Positions 9,340-20,152 of a DNA stretch of 64,000 bases are shown here, piece by piece. The translations under genes and the position numbers were made by a program. This stretch comes from a virus, in IMG/VR virus record IMGVR_UViG_3300009166_000001, positions 1-64,000 of that record; one strand, written 5' to 3'. Below the pieces are notes generated by a model. It did not search any database. It had not been told where the DNA came from and was given only the letters and a program-made list of their open reading frames with translations. Every line of letters begins with the position of its first letter. Position 1 is the stretch's first letter.

Positions 9340-10451
9340 CACGGTTTCCTTCCTGCCCCAAGTAATCTCTCCTTCGCTGTCCGAATCGAGATCAGCCCCA
9401 CCCGCTCCTCCTGTACCGCCTCGTAGTCCCCGATATCGAACCCCACCCATAACCGATCCAGCCCGTCCGCTGCCATGCACGTCGTCCCAGACCCGCAGAA
9501 TGGGTCCAGGACCAGCGGTGGCCTCGTCCCTGCATCATGCCTACACCCTGGCACGAAACCCCTGTCATGGCGCTCTGGCGTCCCCAGAGCCCCCTTCTTC
9601 TTCGGCTCCTGCCTTATCCCACGGTTGGACTGCTTCTCAGGCACCCCCTGAAAGTCCCTCTCCGCATCCCCACTACCCGACTTCGACTCGACTACCCGCT
9701 TCCACGGCTTCCCGCACTCGTCACACACCATCGGCGGCGTGGCCACCTTGATGCACGTCAACGGGATCTCCCTCGGGAACACCGCGTAGTGGTCCCCGGA
9801 GATTCCGTGGAAGCTGTCCGTCCCGATGTCCCACACGTCCCATAGGTTGTGAGTCGTTCGTCCAGCCTCGCTGTCCCAGAAGTAGTGACTCGACTTCGTG
9901 AACACCAGGATCGGCTCGTAGATGTGGGTCGGTCGATCCTGTACGCTCTCCGGCTGCGGCGTCGTCTTACGCCAGATCACTACCGCCCGTACATGCCACC
10001 CATCCTCCTGCGCCCGGATCAAGATCCGCTGCGGGATCAAGCACAAGTCCTTGTTCTTCAAGACCGGATGGGGTTGGACTCGACGCTGCCTCCCCAGCTT
10101 CAGTTCCGTGTACTGATACCGCTGCCCAACTCCAGGCTGGGGATCGTTCGATGGGTTCGTGTAGAAGCTGTCGTTCACGTTCCAGAACAGCACCCCGTCC
10201 TTCCGCAACACCCGCCGGATCTCCCGGAAGATTTCGATGGTGTGCTCGACGTAAAGTTCTACTGTCGGCTCCTGCCCGAACGCCCCCGTCCACCCATCTT
10301 CCCATGCCGTGACTTGATTCCCTGCGTAACTTCTCGGACCAAAGTAGGGCGGCGAGGACACGCAACACTGGACCACTTCGGGCTCCAGTCGCTTCAGTAG
10401 TTCCCTGGCATCGCCCTTGTGGAAGGCAGGTACGTCTAGCCCGAAGTTCAT
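9339..10451 (-). CDS. DNA N4-cytosine/N6 methyltransferase (beta class)
   Basis: SSPPY, HYAVFP, LDPFCGSGTT. Confidence 0.9.
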   Translation of the reverse strand: MNFGLDVPAFHKGDARELLKRLEPEVVQCCVSSPPYFGPRSYAGNQVTAWEDGWTGAFGQEPTVELYVEHTIEIFREIRRVLRKDGVLFWNVNDSFYTNPSNDPQPGVGQRYQYTELKLGRQRRVQPHPVLKNKDLCLIPQRILIRAQEDGWHVRAVVIWRKTTPQPESVQDRPTHIYEPILVFTKSSHYFWDSEAGRTTHNLWDVWDIGTDSFHGISGDHYAVFPREIPLTCIKVATPPMVCDECGKPWKRVVESKSGSGDAERDFQGVPEKQSNRGIRQEPKKKGALGTPERHDRGFVPGCRHDAGTRPPLVLDPFCGSGTTCMAADGLDRLWVGFDIGDYEAVQEERVGLISIRTAKERLLGAGRKP

Positions 10452-10458
10452 CGCCGTC

Positions 10459-10486
10459 AATGTAACAGGAAGTAGCTCTTTGTCAA
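10459..10486 (-). promoter_or_regulatory. sigma70-type promoter TTGACA-16-TACATT
   Basis: direct match; ATG follows after 7 nt. Confidence 0.7.
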
Positions 10487-11160
10487 TGGCAGTATTGGAT
10501 AGGATAGCTCCCCGTCGTACAGTATGCCCCGTCTACCCAATTACAGTACATCCCCGGCTCCCACTCGCCACACTCCGCCGGTGTCCCATCCGAAAAGAAC
10601 CCGTGACTCTCGCACTCCTCCTCGCTCGTACCATTGAAGTACGGACACGAAAACGAGTAGGGCTCCGTCGCTGGATATATGTAGTCCTCTGCCCCGTTAC
10701 AGTTGTAGTCCCAGGACTCGCCAGGACACGTGTAGGGTCCCGCAAACCATCCCTCCTGCCCAGGATGCACCTCACCATCCCCGTCGCAGCAATCGCCCCC
10801 TATCGCCACGTAGGACCCATGACACGTCTCCATGCAGGCCGTGTCGTCATCCCGCCCGAACCCGTCCATGTCGAAGTCCCGGTAGCACACGATACAGGGG
10901 GCCTCGATCTCCACATCAGGACTGTCCTCTGTCGTGTCCCCGGTCGTGTCCTCACTCGTTTCCGGGGCCTCCGTTTCATAAACATCCGGAATCGTTTCAC
11001 TTTCGTCCTGGATCGTATCCTGGATTGTGTCGTTCGTTTCACCTCCCGTGTCCACCTCGATATCCCCCCCGGTGTCCACCTCGATGTCCGTGTCGTCCTC
11101 GAAGGGCGTCACGTTCCCGCATCCAGCCACGATCACCATTGCAATCAATTGCAAACGCAT
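10483..11160 (-). CDS. acidic lipoprotein with Myxococcota-type Cys/Asp metal-binding motif
   Basis: lipobox IVAGC; D/T/E-rich linker; CYRDFDMDGFG..GDCCD..VHPG..DYNCNG. Confidence 0.7.
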   Translation of the reverse strand: MRLQLIAMVIVAGCGNVTPFEDDTDIEVDTGGDIEVDTGGETNDTIQDTIQDESETIPDVYETEAPETSEDTTGDTTEDSPDVEIEAPCIVCYRDFDMDGFGRDDDTACMETCHGSYVAIGGDCCDGDGEVHPGQEGWFAGPYTCPGESWDYNCNGAEDYIYPATEPYSFSCPYFNGTSEEECESHGFFSDGTPAECGEWEPGMYCNWVDGAYCTTGSYPIQYCH

Positions 11161-11352
11161 CGCTATTCTCCTTCCTCTTTGATCACCACCCGTGGTTCCG
11201 CATCTCGATATCCGGGACACCCAGAGGGATCGGGTTGGCTCTTCTCGGGTGTACTGTAGAACGCCGCCACCTCTCCGCAGACACGGCACACCCATTTCGT
11301 GAACGGCAAACGATCCCCCTCCACGACGCAATCATAGGACCATTGGTGCTTT

Positions 11353-11811
11353 CTAGTCATCGATCTTCCCACCCGCCGACTCGGGACGGAATGCACTCAT
11401 TGCCAGATCGCCCGACTCCCGCAGACCAGTCTCGATGGCCTTGTTGCAGGCATCCATCATCCAGCCGATCTCTTGCCGCAGAGTCTTGATGGTCTGTTCC
11501 TCGTAGCTGTAGCTACCCCACGAGTCACCTGCGAGCCAGCCGTAGCCACATAGGATGTCTCGGACGTGGTTGAGCGCATGGCCTAGTCCGGTGCGATCCC
11601 GGTCGATCAGTCCACGGACCCTCACGACTTCCGCCTCTGCCTTCTCCGCACGGGCCATTTGCTTTCCGTAGTCCCCAAGGATCTCCTGGGCGAACTGGCA
11701 CCTTACATCGCATGGCAGCAGAAAGCGCGTATCCGCATCGTGTGGGTTCGGGATCGCCGCAATGGCGCAGAGACCTTCGCCATTCCTACTCCTCCTGTGT
11801 GGACACGTCAT
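11353..11811 (-). CDS. hypothetical protein
   Basis: ORF in operon. Confidence 0.55.
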   Translation of the reverse strand: MTCPHRRSRNGEGLCAIAAIPNPHDADTRFLLPCDVRCQFAQEILGDYGKQMARAEKAEAEVVRVRGLIDRDRTGLGHALNHVRDILCGYGWLAGDSWGSYSYEEQTIKTLRQEIGWMMDACNKAIETGLRESGDLAMSAFRPESAGGKIDD

Positions 11812-12027
11812 GACTTCCCCTTCTTCGCCCTCTCGCGTTCGAGGGCGCGCACGGCACGGGTGAGCCTAGACTTCCCGGACTCCACCCTATTCTTGGCTAG
11901 AATGTACTCGTCCGTAGTCCACGCATGATTTATTGCGTCCAATGCGGCGTAGAGGTCCACTGCCGCCCGTATCACCCGCTCCTCGGCGGGCGTGATCGGA
12001 CGCGGGGTTGTCGGCGTCTTCATCGGG

Positions 12028-12375
12028 TTACTCCTTTGCGCCTGGGAACGCCCTGTCGGCGGCGTCCTTGGCGTGCTGGACAAGGGCAACCTCCCGTTTG
12101 GCTGCTTCCTTCTCGTGAGTGACCACTTCGGCCGCCCTGACTCCTGCATCGAGGATGATCTTGTGGGCAGCACTGAGCCCTTCGGCCGCAGCATACAGAA
12201 CATGCAAGGCCAGTTCATTGTTGGACAGGTCCTCGATCTTCCCGCATCCTGCGAGTCGCCGCCTTAGCGCGATCTCAGCAGTATGTATGATGGGCTCGAT
12301 GACATTCGTGATGGTCATGTGCAGCGGGTCGGTTGGATCCGGCTTGAACTCGGTCGGCTTCTTCGGCTTCGTCAT
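12028..12375 (-). CDS. hypothetical protein, probably leaderless
   Basis: ATG follows the -10 hexamer after 6 nt. Confidence 0.65.
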   Translation of the reverse strand: MTKPKKPTEFKPDPTDPLHMTITNVIEPIIHTAEIALRRRLAGCGKIEDLSNNELALHVLYAAAEGLSAAHKIILDAGVRAAEVVTHEKEAAKREVALVQHAKDAADRAFPGAKE

Positions 12376-12381
12376 GCCTTG

Positions 12382-12409
12382 AATATAACAGGGTAGCGTA
12401 TTTTGTCAA
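12382..12409 (-). promoter_or_regulatory. sigma70-type promoter TTGACA-16-TATATT
   Basis: direct match; palindrome copy at 12420-12435 just upstream. Confidence 0.8.
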
Positions 12410-12443
12410 GCGGAAGGGATTGCAATTGATTTCACGGCAGGAT

Positions 12444-13136
12444 CTACAGCCCCCCTGGCACGAGCTTCCCCTTGGGGTTTCCCGGCGTCCCCGGCCTAAT
12501 CTCGAACTCCCCGTCATCTAGCACGATCCTCTCCAGGTTCTCGGCTGCCCCTTCCATCAGGACCAGGATCGGCGGGTTCCTCGCTACCCAATTCAGCCAC
12601 CAGACCTTCGCCACGTACATCCCACCATCATCGGGACGGATCTTCAGAACCTTCCCTCGCCAGAAGCACTCGACAACGATCCCGATCTGCCCCGTCACCT
12701 TCTCCCTCACCGCCATGCCGGGAAGGAAGCCGGGATGCTCCGTCTTCTCGATCCTTCGATACCAGTGGGGCGCACCGTCCCTCTCTGCCTGCCTCGCCAG
12801 TGACCGCCTCGATGCCTCGATCCTCTCCTGTACCTGCTCCGGAGTGTCAGGCGTGACCTCGATCTTCAACGCCTCCATCGGCCTCGCCACCGGATTCATG
12901 AAGATTGGACCCGCTGGTTCTGGCATCGGCTGTACGGTCACGATGTCCTCCATTCTCAGATCCATCATCCGAACAGGCTTCGCGGAAGTCCTGTATCCGC
13001 ACGACCCGCATTCCCCAGTGTACGGATCTACGGTGTCCTGCCGACACTTCTCGCAGAGAGGGCGAGACAGGTGCGGCTTGTGTACTTCGTCCATCACTTC
13101 TTCTCCATCCTCACGAATTCCATTATCCCACCACAA
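12444..13136 (-). CDS. hypothetical protein with Zn-ribbon
   Basis: CEKC..CGSC; true start probably 13094. Confidence 0.55.
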   Translation of the reverse strand: MWWDNGIREDGEEVMDEVHKPHLSRPLCEKCRQDTVDPYTGECGSCGYRTSAKPVRMMDLRMEDIVTVQPMPEPAGPIFMNPVARPMEALKIEVTPDTPEQVQERIEASRRSLARQAERDGAPHWYRRIEKTEHPGFLPGMAVREKVTGQIGIVVECFWRGKVLKIRPDDGGMYVAKVWWLNWVARNPPILVLMEGAAENLERIVLDDGEFEIRPGTPGNPKGKLVPGGL

Positions 13137-13402
13137 GCCTCGTCAGTGACGAGTGCAATGGGTCCGTACCCTTCCTCGTCCACCCCGAACAAGCCGTTGA
13201 TCACTCCCAGGATCCCCACAGCCGGGGGCGGCGCACAGCCTTCCCTCTCGTATGCCCTGACCTGGATCGTCGGATCGGCCTGCAACTCTCCGTTGCACGT
13301 TACCTGCCCGAAGAGGAACAGCTTGTTCGTGGCCTCCCGGTCCTTCTTCAGCATCCGGTTCAGGACTTCCAGTACGTCATCTACTGTGATCGATTCCTTC
13401 AT
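13094..13402 (-). CDS. conserved-looking phage hypothetical protein
   Basis: CN.ELQADPTIQV..VGILGVINGLFG motif. Confidence 0.6.
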   Translation of the reverse strand: MKESITVDDVLEVLNRMLKKDREATNKLFLFGQVTCNGELQADPTIQVRAYEREGCAPPPAVGILGVINGLFGVDEEGYGPIALVTDEACGGIMEFVRMEKK

Positions 13403-16232
13403 CTCACTTCTCCTGCATACTTTATGTGGTAACTATACCACTCTAGGTCTTGGGGACGCAGGACAAGATCGTCCAGTCCTGGATGCTTTGGAAACAGCGG
13501 ATCGTCGTGATGCAGTTGAATCGTCGCACCGTCCCGATCAAATGCCACCGTATGTGGCTGGAACCCGACCCATCGCAAGTGCTCCATGCCTCGCCCTAGT
13601 CTACGCAACTTCAAGAAGTGCCATCTCCACGGGAGTTTCGGAAGTCTTCCCTTCAGCAAGAACTTCACTATCACGATGGGCCATCGCCACCACTTCACGT
13701 AGTCCTCTGGTGCAACAATCCGGTGGAACGATTCGACCTGACTCCGTAACAGCCGTATCTTTCTGGACTTGCTCCGAATCCTCAGTCCTTCCTTGGACAG
13801 AAAGAACTCGATCTCGGGAACATCCTGCTTGCACTCTGCGCTCATCTCACTTCTCCTCTGTCAACGTCACGGCAGTAGCCTTGTTTATCCGCTCCCACAC
13901 GGTCGGGAAGCTCTCCTTCGCCTTCTCGACCATCTGCTCGAAGCTCAGTTCCCCGCGCTCCACGAAGTTCGCATTGCATCCCCATCTTTTATCCACTGTC
14001 CTGTCCCACATCGCCAGCACCGTCCACCCATCCACGTGGACCAGCCGGGCACTGCTCTGTGTCTGGGCGTTGTTGGGGCAGAACTTCCTGTCCAGGCTCC
14101 ACCCATTCTCACCGAACGGCCAGTCTTGTGGTAGGACACGGCAGCGATACAATGCCCCACCGCCCGATTCCCAGAGGTAGTGCCCAGCTTGACGTATGCA
14201 GCCGAAGTAGTACATCACTTCACCTTCGATTCCCACCCGCTTGGAACCCTCTCGCCTTCTTCCTGTCCGCACATCGGCCTGTCCTTCGGCAGACCGCACT
14301 TCGACGGGAGCTTCCTTCGCCTCATCCCCCACCTACAGGTGAAGCACGGATCGTGCAGCCTCTTCTTCCCCATTCCACCCGGTCCCGGCTGTCCGCACTT
14401 CCAGCACCGTCGCTCCACACCGAACAGAGCCATCTCGGCCTTCATCTCGTCATCGGGCAACGGCTGTCCGCAGACCTCGCAGAGCAGCATCGGTGCTTGG
14501 GTCAATGCGAACATCACTCGTCCTCCCCACCAGGAATCGAATCGGGTCCCGGTTCCTCGATCCCGTGCCTGTACGCCTTCACGGCGCGGTACACGTCCTC
14601 GTGAATGCCAAGGGCAGCTTCGCACTCGTGGAGTGTGGCACCCCTACTCATCTTAGCTGTACCAGGATCTGTCGCGTATTTGTTGAGTAACGCCCATGCA
14701 ACGTGCTTCCACCTCTCTGCCTCACGTTCATCCTGGACGCTCGGATCGTGAAGCTCCACGTCCATCTTCACGATCTTCCAGGGACCAGGGAAGCAGAACC
14801 CATCCATCTTCCCCTCGAACGTCGTGGCTATGGCTCTTGGTACGTCAGGCACCAGGAGCACAGCTTCCACCGTGTCCGTCTGAAGCACTCCACTCCCACC
14901 AGGACACGTCATCAGCACGTCCCGGCTCAGGACCACCCGATAATGCTTGTGGATCATGGACCACCTCTCCTCTTCAGTACCTCATCGCACATCCCGCACG
15001 GATCCACGAACGCCGATTCCCCTGCGTCCAGGCGATCCATTGCTTGCAGGATCCATTCCGTGTGCCACTTCGCCTTGACCAGCCGGTTCGGATCCATCCG
15101 TTCGAGACCGTATCCAAGCCACCACCGCAAAGCATCCCACTTCGCTTGCAGCTTTTCGGCTTCAGTCACGTACCGTCCTCCACTCGATCAGCCCATTTTC
15201 GGTTGGCAGCAGGGAAATTTCCCAACCAGCAGGCTTGTAGTCATCTGCCAGCGTTTTTCCACCCAACACACCCTCCTTGGCTATCGCCATCTCCTTGACC
15301 TTCTCGATGGCCTCCTTCTCGTCACCGGCCTCCACGTACCAGACATCGCAGTACGAATCGTACCAGGACACCATCACCAGGAATCGTCCGCTCATGACTC
15401 GACCTCCTGCTTGATTCCCAGCACTCGCTCCAGGGCATCGAGGTCACATGGCGAAACGGTGTTCATCGCCATAGCCCATCGTTTCGTGTCACGGGTCAAT
15501 GGATCGAAACGACAGAACACAGCACCCAGGCACGCCCACAACCTCCGCTCTCGGTCTTTGACTGTCTCGATCTCAGCCAGCAGTACCTTGCGCTCGGCAC
15601 GTTCTGCGTAATGCGACTCGGCCAGTTGCTCGAAGCTCATGCAGCAATCGTTCAGCCGGGCAAGGTACTCCCTGAACGTCTCATTCTTCATGGCTTCTCC
15701 TCCAGGGCATCGTGAAGCTCCTCTCCACTCACCCACCTCTTCAGCGGTGGACTCCAGTGGTACATCTCATCATCGCTCACGCACCAGCATATCGCGCTAC
15801 CATCAGCGTCCTTCGGCAGATAATCCTTCTTGAACACCGGAGCAATGATGGATCGGATACTGGAATCATTCGTCCACCACTCCCGGATCTCCTTCCGTTC
15901 TTCCTCGGTCATGGGATCTCCTTCAGTGTCTCGAAGTCGTACTTCTTGCCCTCGAAGGCGTAGTACGTCCTCTCGTCCTTCATGGCAGACGACACGACCA
16001 AAGGCATGTACGGGATCACCACCTCGTAGGCCATACCGTCCATGCCCACGGTGGTCTGCTTCATGGTCCCGAACGGCCAGTCGATCTCACCAGTCCCATC
16101 GCACCTCTCGCATATCTCCTTCCCGCATCCCGGTTCGTGCATGACGCCAACCCCGATATCGATCCCTCCGCAGGTGCAGGTTCCAACCGCGACCTCTCCT
16201 CGCCCCTCGCAGTCACGACACGTGATCTTCAT
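13399..16232 (-). other. run of about 9 small, tightly overlapping hypothetical genes
   Basis: 13399-13845, 13847-14215, 14215-~14514, 14514-14957, 14954-15169, 15162-15395, 15392-~15691, 15688-15912, 15909-16232, mostly with short stop/start overlaps. Confidence 0.55.
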
Positions 16233-17027
16233 CTACCTGTCCTTCCAGAAGTCCGGGCGCTCATCCCAGACCTTTCCATCCAGCATCGGCAGCTTCTCTG
16301 GCCTCACACCGGAGTTCTGCTTGTAGTGGAACGGGATCCCAAAGCTCTTGGCGTCGTCCCGCAACCCACGGACCCACTCCTCCTCCATCGGTCTGAAGCC
16401 AGGACCGCTCTCTCCACCTGCGATGATCCAGTGAAGTTCACCGGCCCATGCGGTCAGGTTGATCGGTCCAAGCAACGGCTCGCAGGACACGAACGTCCCC
16501 ACCGTCACCACCTTCATGCCGTTCGATCCCCGGAGCCGATCCAGCATCGTCGGTATTCTCTTGTCGGCCATGGCCTGATTCTCTGCCGTCACACCAACCC
16601 ACACGTGAGACATTCCCCACGGGAAGCCATCCGGGATGTTCTCTGGCCTCTTCGTCAGGAACAGGAACGTATGCTGCTGCGCCTTGGCAACCACGTCCAT
16701 CAGCCGGTCGAACCACTCCTTCGGCACCTTCTCGTGGAACGGATCCGACATCGAGCACACGAAGATCACTCGTGGACGCTTCCAGTGCGACGGCTTCTCG
16801 AACTGCTCCGGGTTCGGACGAAGAGTTCCGTTGAACATCGGACGAATTCGCCAGCTATTGGTCACGTGGTCGAAGGCGACGATCCCTTCGTACCTCTCGC
16901 CCTGCTTACAGAACCGTGCTGCCATGCGTGAGGCATAGCAGTTTGCACAGCCTGGAGAGATCGGATCACATCCAACCCACGGATTTATCGTGGCCTGTGC
17001 CCAGGAAATTTTCGTTCTGTCACCCAT
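16233..17027 (-). CDS. DUF5131 / phage Gp37-Gp68 family (radical-SAM-like)
   Basis: TKISW..TINPWVGC..ISPGCANCYA, FVCSMSDPFH, LTKRP, SCEPLLG, WIIAGGESG. Confidence 0.9.
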   Translation of the reverse strand: MGDRTKISWAQATINPWVGCDPISPGCANCYASRMAARFCKQGERYEGIVAFDHVTNSWRIRPMFNGTLRPNPEQFEKPSHWKRPRVIFVCSMSDPFHEKVPKEWFDRLMDVVAKAQQHTFLFLTKRPENIPDGFPWGMSHVWVGVTAENQAMADKRIPTMLDRLRGSNGMKVVTVGTFVSCEPLLGPINLTAWAGELHWIIAGGESGPGFRPMEEEWVRGLRDDAKSFGIPFHYKQNSGVRPEKLPMLDGKVWDERPDFWKDR

Positions 17028-17568
17028 GGTTCTTCCTCGATTCCAGGAGGAGCAGGTCCCTGATCTGCTGCTCACTCACCGGCCTGTAGTCCCACGCATC
17101 AACCCCTACGTTGATCGCGTTCCTCTGGACCCTGAACAACGTGTGGACGTGTCCGCATAGAAGCCATTGCGCCCTCACCGCCTCCGCTATCGCTGGATCA
17201 TGCGCCAGGACCGTCTTGAACACGCTCACGAGTGGATCTATCTCCAGGGCCGTGTGGACCGACAAGAAGCCCATCTCCACGTAGTCCCACGGCGAGAGCC
17301 TGTCGTGGTTTCCCAGGATCAAGTGCTTCTTGCCCTTTAGCCGTTTGATGATCTGCCCTAGCCAGTCCTTCTGCGTCGGACCCACCATCGCCAGATCCCC
17401 GATGACGTACACCGTGTCATTGTCCGTCACGACTTCGTTGTACCGCCTCACCAGATCCGTATCCATCTTCGCCATCGTGGCGTACTTCCTCCCACACGCC
17501 TCCATGATGGCCCGATGCCCGAAGTGGAAGTCAGCCGTGAAGTAGGTCTTACACATCGGGGTACCCAC
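17020..17568 (-). CDS. calcineurin-like metallophosphoesterase
   Basis: DFHFGH, GD, GNHD, GHVH, INVGVD. Confidence 0.9.
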   Translation of the reverse strand: MGTPMCKTYFTADFHFGHRAIMEACGRKYATMAKMDTDLVRRYNEVVTDNDTVYVIGDLAMVGPTQKDWLGQIIKRLKGKKHLILGNHDRLSPWDYVEMGFLSVHTALEIDPLVSVFKTVLAHDPAIAEAVRAQWLLCGHVHTLFRVQRNAINVGVDAWDYRPVSEQQIRDLLLLESRKNHG

Positions 17569-18002
17569 ATAATTCCCACCACCTTCGGGTACGCTCGTTC
17601 ACCCATGTCAACAGATCGGACAGAGCTTCCAGCCTGCCCAACTGCTTCGTCCGCTCATGGGCTACCAGCCACTTCTGGTTCGGTGAGGCGTCCTGCATCG
17701 GATTCTCATCTAGGGCTCGAAGATGGGCACACCTATCGGCTGCCTCGTTCACCCGCCGCTCGATCTCCTTCAAGATGTCGTGGGAATTCTTCACGGGCTC
17801 ACCTTGCGGATCCGGTTCAGCGAGATCCCGGACACCTTCTTGCCTGTGCGTCCATCCCGCAGATCCACCCACCAGAACACCTTCCCCGCACCGTAGGCGT
17901 GGCCCAGGGAGATCACCTCGTACTCGCCCGGCAGATCCTTGCCCTTCGCGTCGATCCTTCGGACGCGAGCACCTTCCCACTCATCCTTCGTCGGTCTCGG
18001 CA

Positions 18003-18464
18003 TCACGCCCTCCTGAACGTCAGGACCCACACCGGCTCCGTGAAGTCCGACTTCTTGTAGAACGACTTCCATGCCTGTAAGTACGTCTCTCTCGCTGTCG
18101 GCCCGATGAACACCTTGCCGTTCAGCTTGTAGATGTACTGCTTCTCACCTCCAAGCACCGTCCCTCCCATGTCGGGCTGCCAGAGATCCACCCCCTCTGC
18201 ATGAGCATCAAAAGCACTGATCTCTCCTACCTGCTCTAGCCTGATCCCTGTCAGCAAGATCCTACCGACTGCCTTCTTCCCACGTCCGGGCTGGACCGCG
18301 TACCCTTTCCCAACGATCCACTTCCAGCGGCAGCTAACTATCCCCGATCCAGGCACGATCTCACCATTCTGCCCGATGCTCGACTCCAAGGACTTCCTCG
18401 GTCGCCTCGTCTGCGTCTTGATCCCCTTCAGGATCAACTCGACATTCTCAGGGGCGAAGATCAT
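18003..18464 (-). CDS. ASCH-like domain protein
   Basis: ILKGIKTQTRR...DAHAEG...VWVLTF. Confidence 0.75.
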   Translation of the reverse strand: MIFAPENVELILKGIKTQTRRPRKSLESSIGQNGEIVPGSGIVSCRWKWIVGKGYAVQPGRGKKAVGRILLTGIRLEQVGEISAFDAHAEGVDLWQPDMGGTVLGGEKQYIYKLNGKVFIGPTARETYLQAWKSFYKKSDFTEPVWVLTFRRA

Positions 18465-18781
18465 GGCTCGTCCACGATTTCTACTTTCCCGTTGGCCCAT
18501 CCCTCGTCCCAGTCCACCTCGTTCGACGGAGGCAAGACTTGGACGGCCTGTGCCCTCACGTCTGCCCAGTCCATGTTGTTCCTGGCCCAGTTCTCTATCG
18601 CGTGCGGATCGCTCTCGAACAGCGGGAGCGTGTCCTCCTTCATCGACTTCTCCATGTCACCATCGAAGTTCATGTCCGCATAGTATTCCGCTCTGCTCTG
18701 TGCAATCAATTTCACTGGAACTGCCCACCGGCTTCCATCGGGCATCGTCACCACGTAGTTCTTCTTCAGAATATCGCTCAT
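18461..18781 (-). CDS. hypothetical protein
   Basis: start MSDILKK at 18781; WARNNMDW motif. Confidence 0.6.
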   Translation of the reverse strand: MSDILKKNYVVTMPDGSRWAVPVKLIAQSRAEYYADMNFDGDMEKSMKEDTLPLFESDPHAIENWARNNMDWADVRAQAVQVLPPSNEVDWDEGWANGKVEIVDEP

Positions 18782-19158
18782 AGATGCTCCTGTGCGTAAT
18801 GCTCGCACCCACACGGAAACCCCTCTCCCGTGACGGGACATCCGTGCTTCCCCAGATCGGCCATGTGGGACTCCTTCCGATGACCGCACTCCGGACACCA
18901 CTCGTGTCCCAAAGCACAGGAAGTCATCGAGCATCTCCCGAATACCATGACGTTTCCACCCGACATGATCCAACGAGCACTTAACACGTTCTCCGGCCAG
19001 TGCTTCGGCCGCTTCAGGAGGCACCGAATTGGGAACACCATGACGTGTTCGATGTTCAGATGATTGCCACGCCGCCTGTCCGATCTCGGATCGCAGGAAA
19101 CCCGATGCGGACACTTCTTGGCGAACTCGCTGAAGGCTTCTCTTGCCACGTTGCTCAT
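18778..19158 (-). CDS. Cys/His-rich hypothetical protein
   Basis: ORF in operon. Confidence 0.5.
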   Translation of the reverse strand: MSNVAREAFSEFAKKCPHRVSCDPRSDRRRGNHLNIEHVMVFPIRCLLKRPKHWPENVLSARWIMSGGNVMVFGRCSMTSCALGHEWCPECGHRKESHMADLGKHGCPVTGEGFPCGCEHYAQEHL

Positions 19159-19394
19159 GGATGCTCCCTCAATGGAGCCTTGCTGATTTCAACGATCCCG
19201 AAGCCCATCCTCTTGGCGACGAGGTGCCGGGACCGCCCCGCAACGAATATCAAGTCTCCTCCATCCAGGAGGATCTGTCTCCAAGACTTCACAGTCATGC
19301 GTTGCTTGAATGCTTCTATCGTCCAGTGGTTCTCCGACAACTTCTCCAGTGGCTTTGGAACCTTCGGTAGCCTTCGTAGCCTCGGTATGCCCAT
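19155..19394 (-). CDS. small basic hypothetical protein
   Basis: GGAGG RBS before MGIPRL; first gene after promoter. Confidence 0.55.
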   Translation of the reverse strand: MGIPRLRRLPKVPKPLEKLSENHWTIEAFKQRMTVKSWRQILLDGGDLIFVAGRSRHLVAKRMGFGIVEISKAPLREHP

Positions 19395-19432
19395 GACTCC
19401 CTCCGTGCAATCAATTGCAACGGTCAGGCTTG

Positions 19433-19460
19433 AATATAACAGGGAACCGGATTTTGTCAA
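19433..19460 (-). promoter_or_regulatory. sigma70-type promoter TTGACA-16-TATATT with a palindrome just downstream
   Basis: direct match; palindrome at 19405-19420. Confidence 0.8.
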
Positions 19461-19461
19461 G

Positions 19462-20118
19462 CTAGAGAATCGCGCCCTCTCCGTGACAGAAATTGCAGTT
19501 GGGATTGATCGCTCCATCCAGCCCACAGTGTTCGCAGCCATGGGTTTCATTCCAGATGTGTTGGGCTTCGACCTCTATGCACTTGACGGCATAGTCCAGA
19601 TCGTCATCCGTGAAGGGGTACAAGAGCCTCTTGGGAGTCACCTCTGCGTCCGTCCCTTCCACGATGGAGCCTATCAGGATGCCTCCCCTGTGCTTCTTTA
19701 GGACCGGGGCTTCCACCTCGAACGTGACCAGGATTCCGATCCCCCGTGGGACCATGTTCTTGACGGCATCGGGCGACAGGTGCAGTCGATCCACGAACTC
19801 GTCGAAGTTCTTCTCCCCCTCGATGTGTCGGGTCTTCTCCATGCACAAGTAGTCCTTGACGTACTTCGGGGCACCCAAGGGGTCCATGGACCGGCAGCCG
19901 TTCTTCCTGGTCTTGATCACCGTGGGACCTACGATGGATGGATTGATCAGTGCCGTCCAGGTCTCCTTCCGCTTCCCCACCTCGTCCACTCCAGGCTCCA
20001 CCTCCTCCACCCAGGCCCCGCAATCCGTGTCCTTGTAGACCCGATGGCTGATGCTCGCCTCAGTGGAATCGTTGGCTCCCAAATGGGAAGCCACGTCCTT
20101 TAGTGACCTGATCTTCAT
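19462..20118 (-). CDS. hypothetical protein, probably leaderless, C-terminal Zn-finger
   Basis: IGSIVEGTDAE; CEHC..CNFC. Confidence 0.65.
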   Translation of the reverse strand: MKIRSLKDVASHLGANDSTEASISHRVYKDTDCGAWVEEVEPGVDEVGKRKETWTALINPSIVGPTVIKTRKNGCRSMDPLGAPKYVKDYLCMEKTRHIEGEKNFDEFVDRLHLSPDAVKNMVPRGIGILVTFEVEAPVLKKHRGGILIGSIVEGTDAEVTPKRLLYPFTDDDLDYAVKCIEVEAQHIWNETHGCEHCGLDGAINPNCNFCHGEGAIL

Positions 20119-20124
20119 GCTGTA

Positions 20125-20152
20125 ACTATAACAAAGGGTCGGGTTTTGTCAA
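20125..20152 (-). promoter_or_regulatory. sigma70-type promoter TTGACA-16-TATAGT
   Basis: direct match. Confidence 0.8.
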
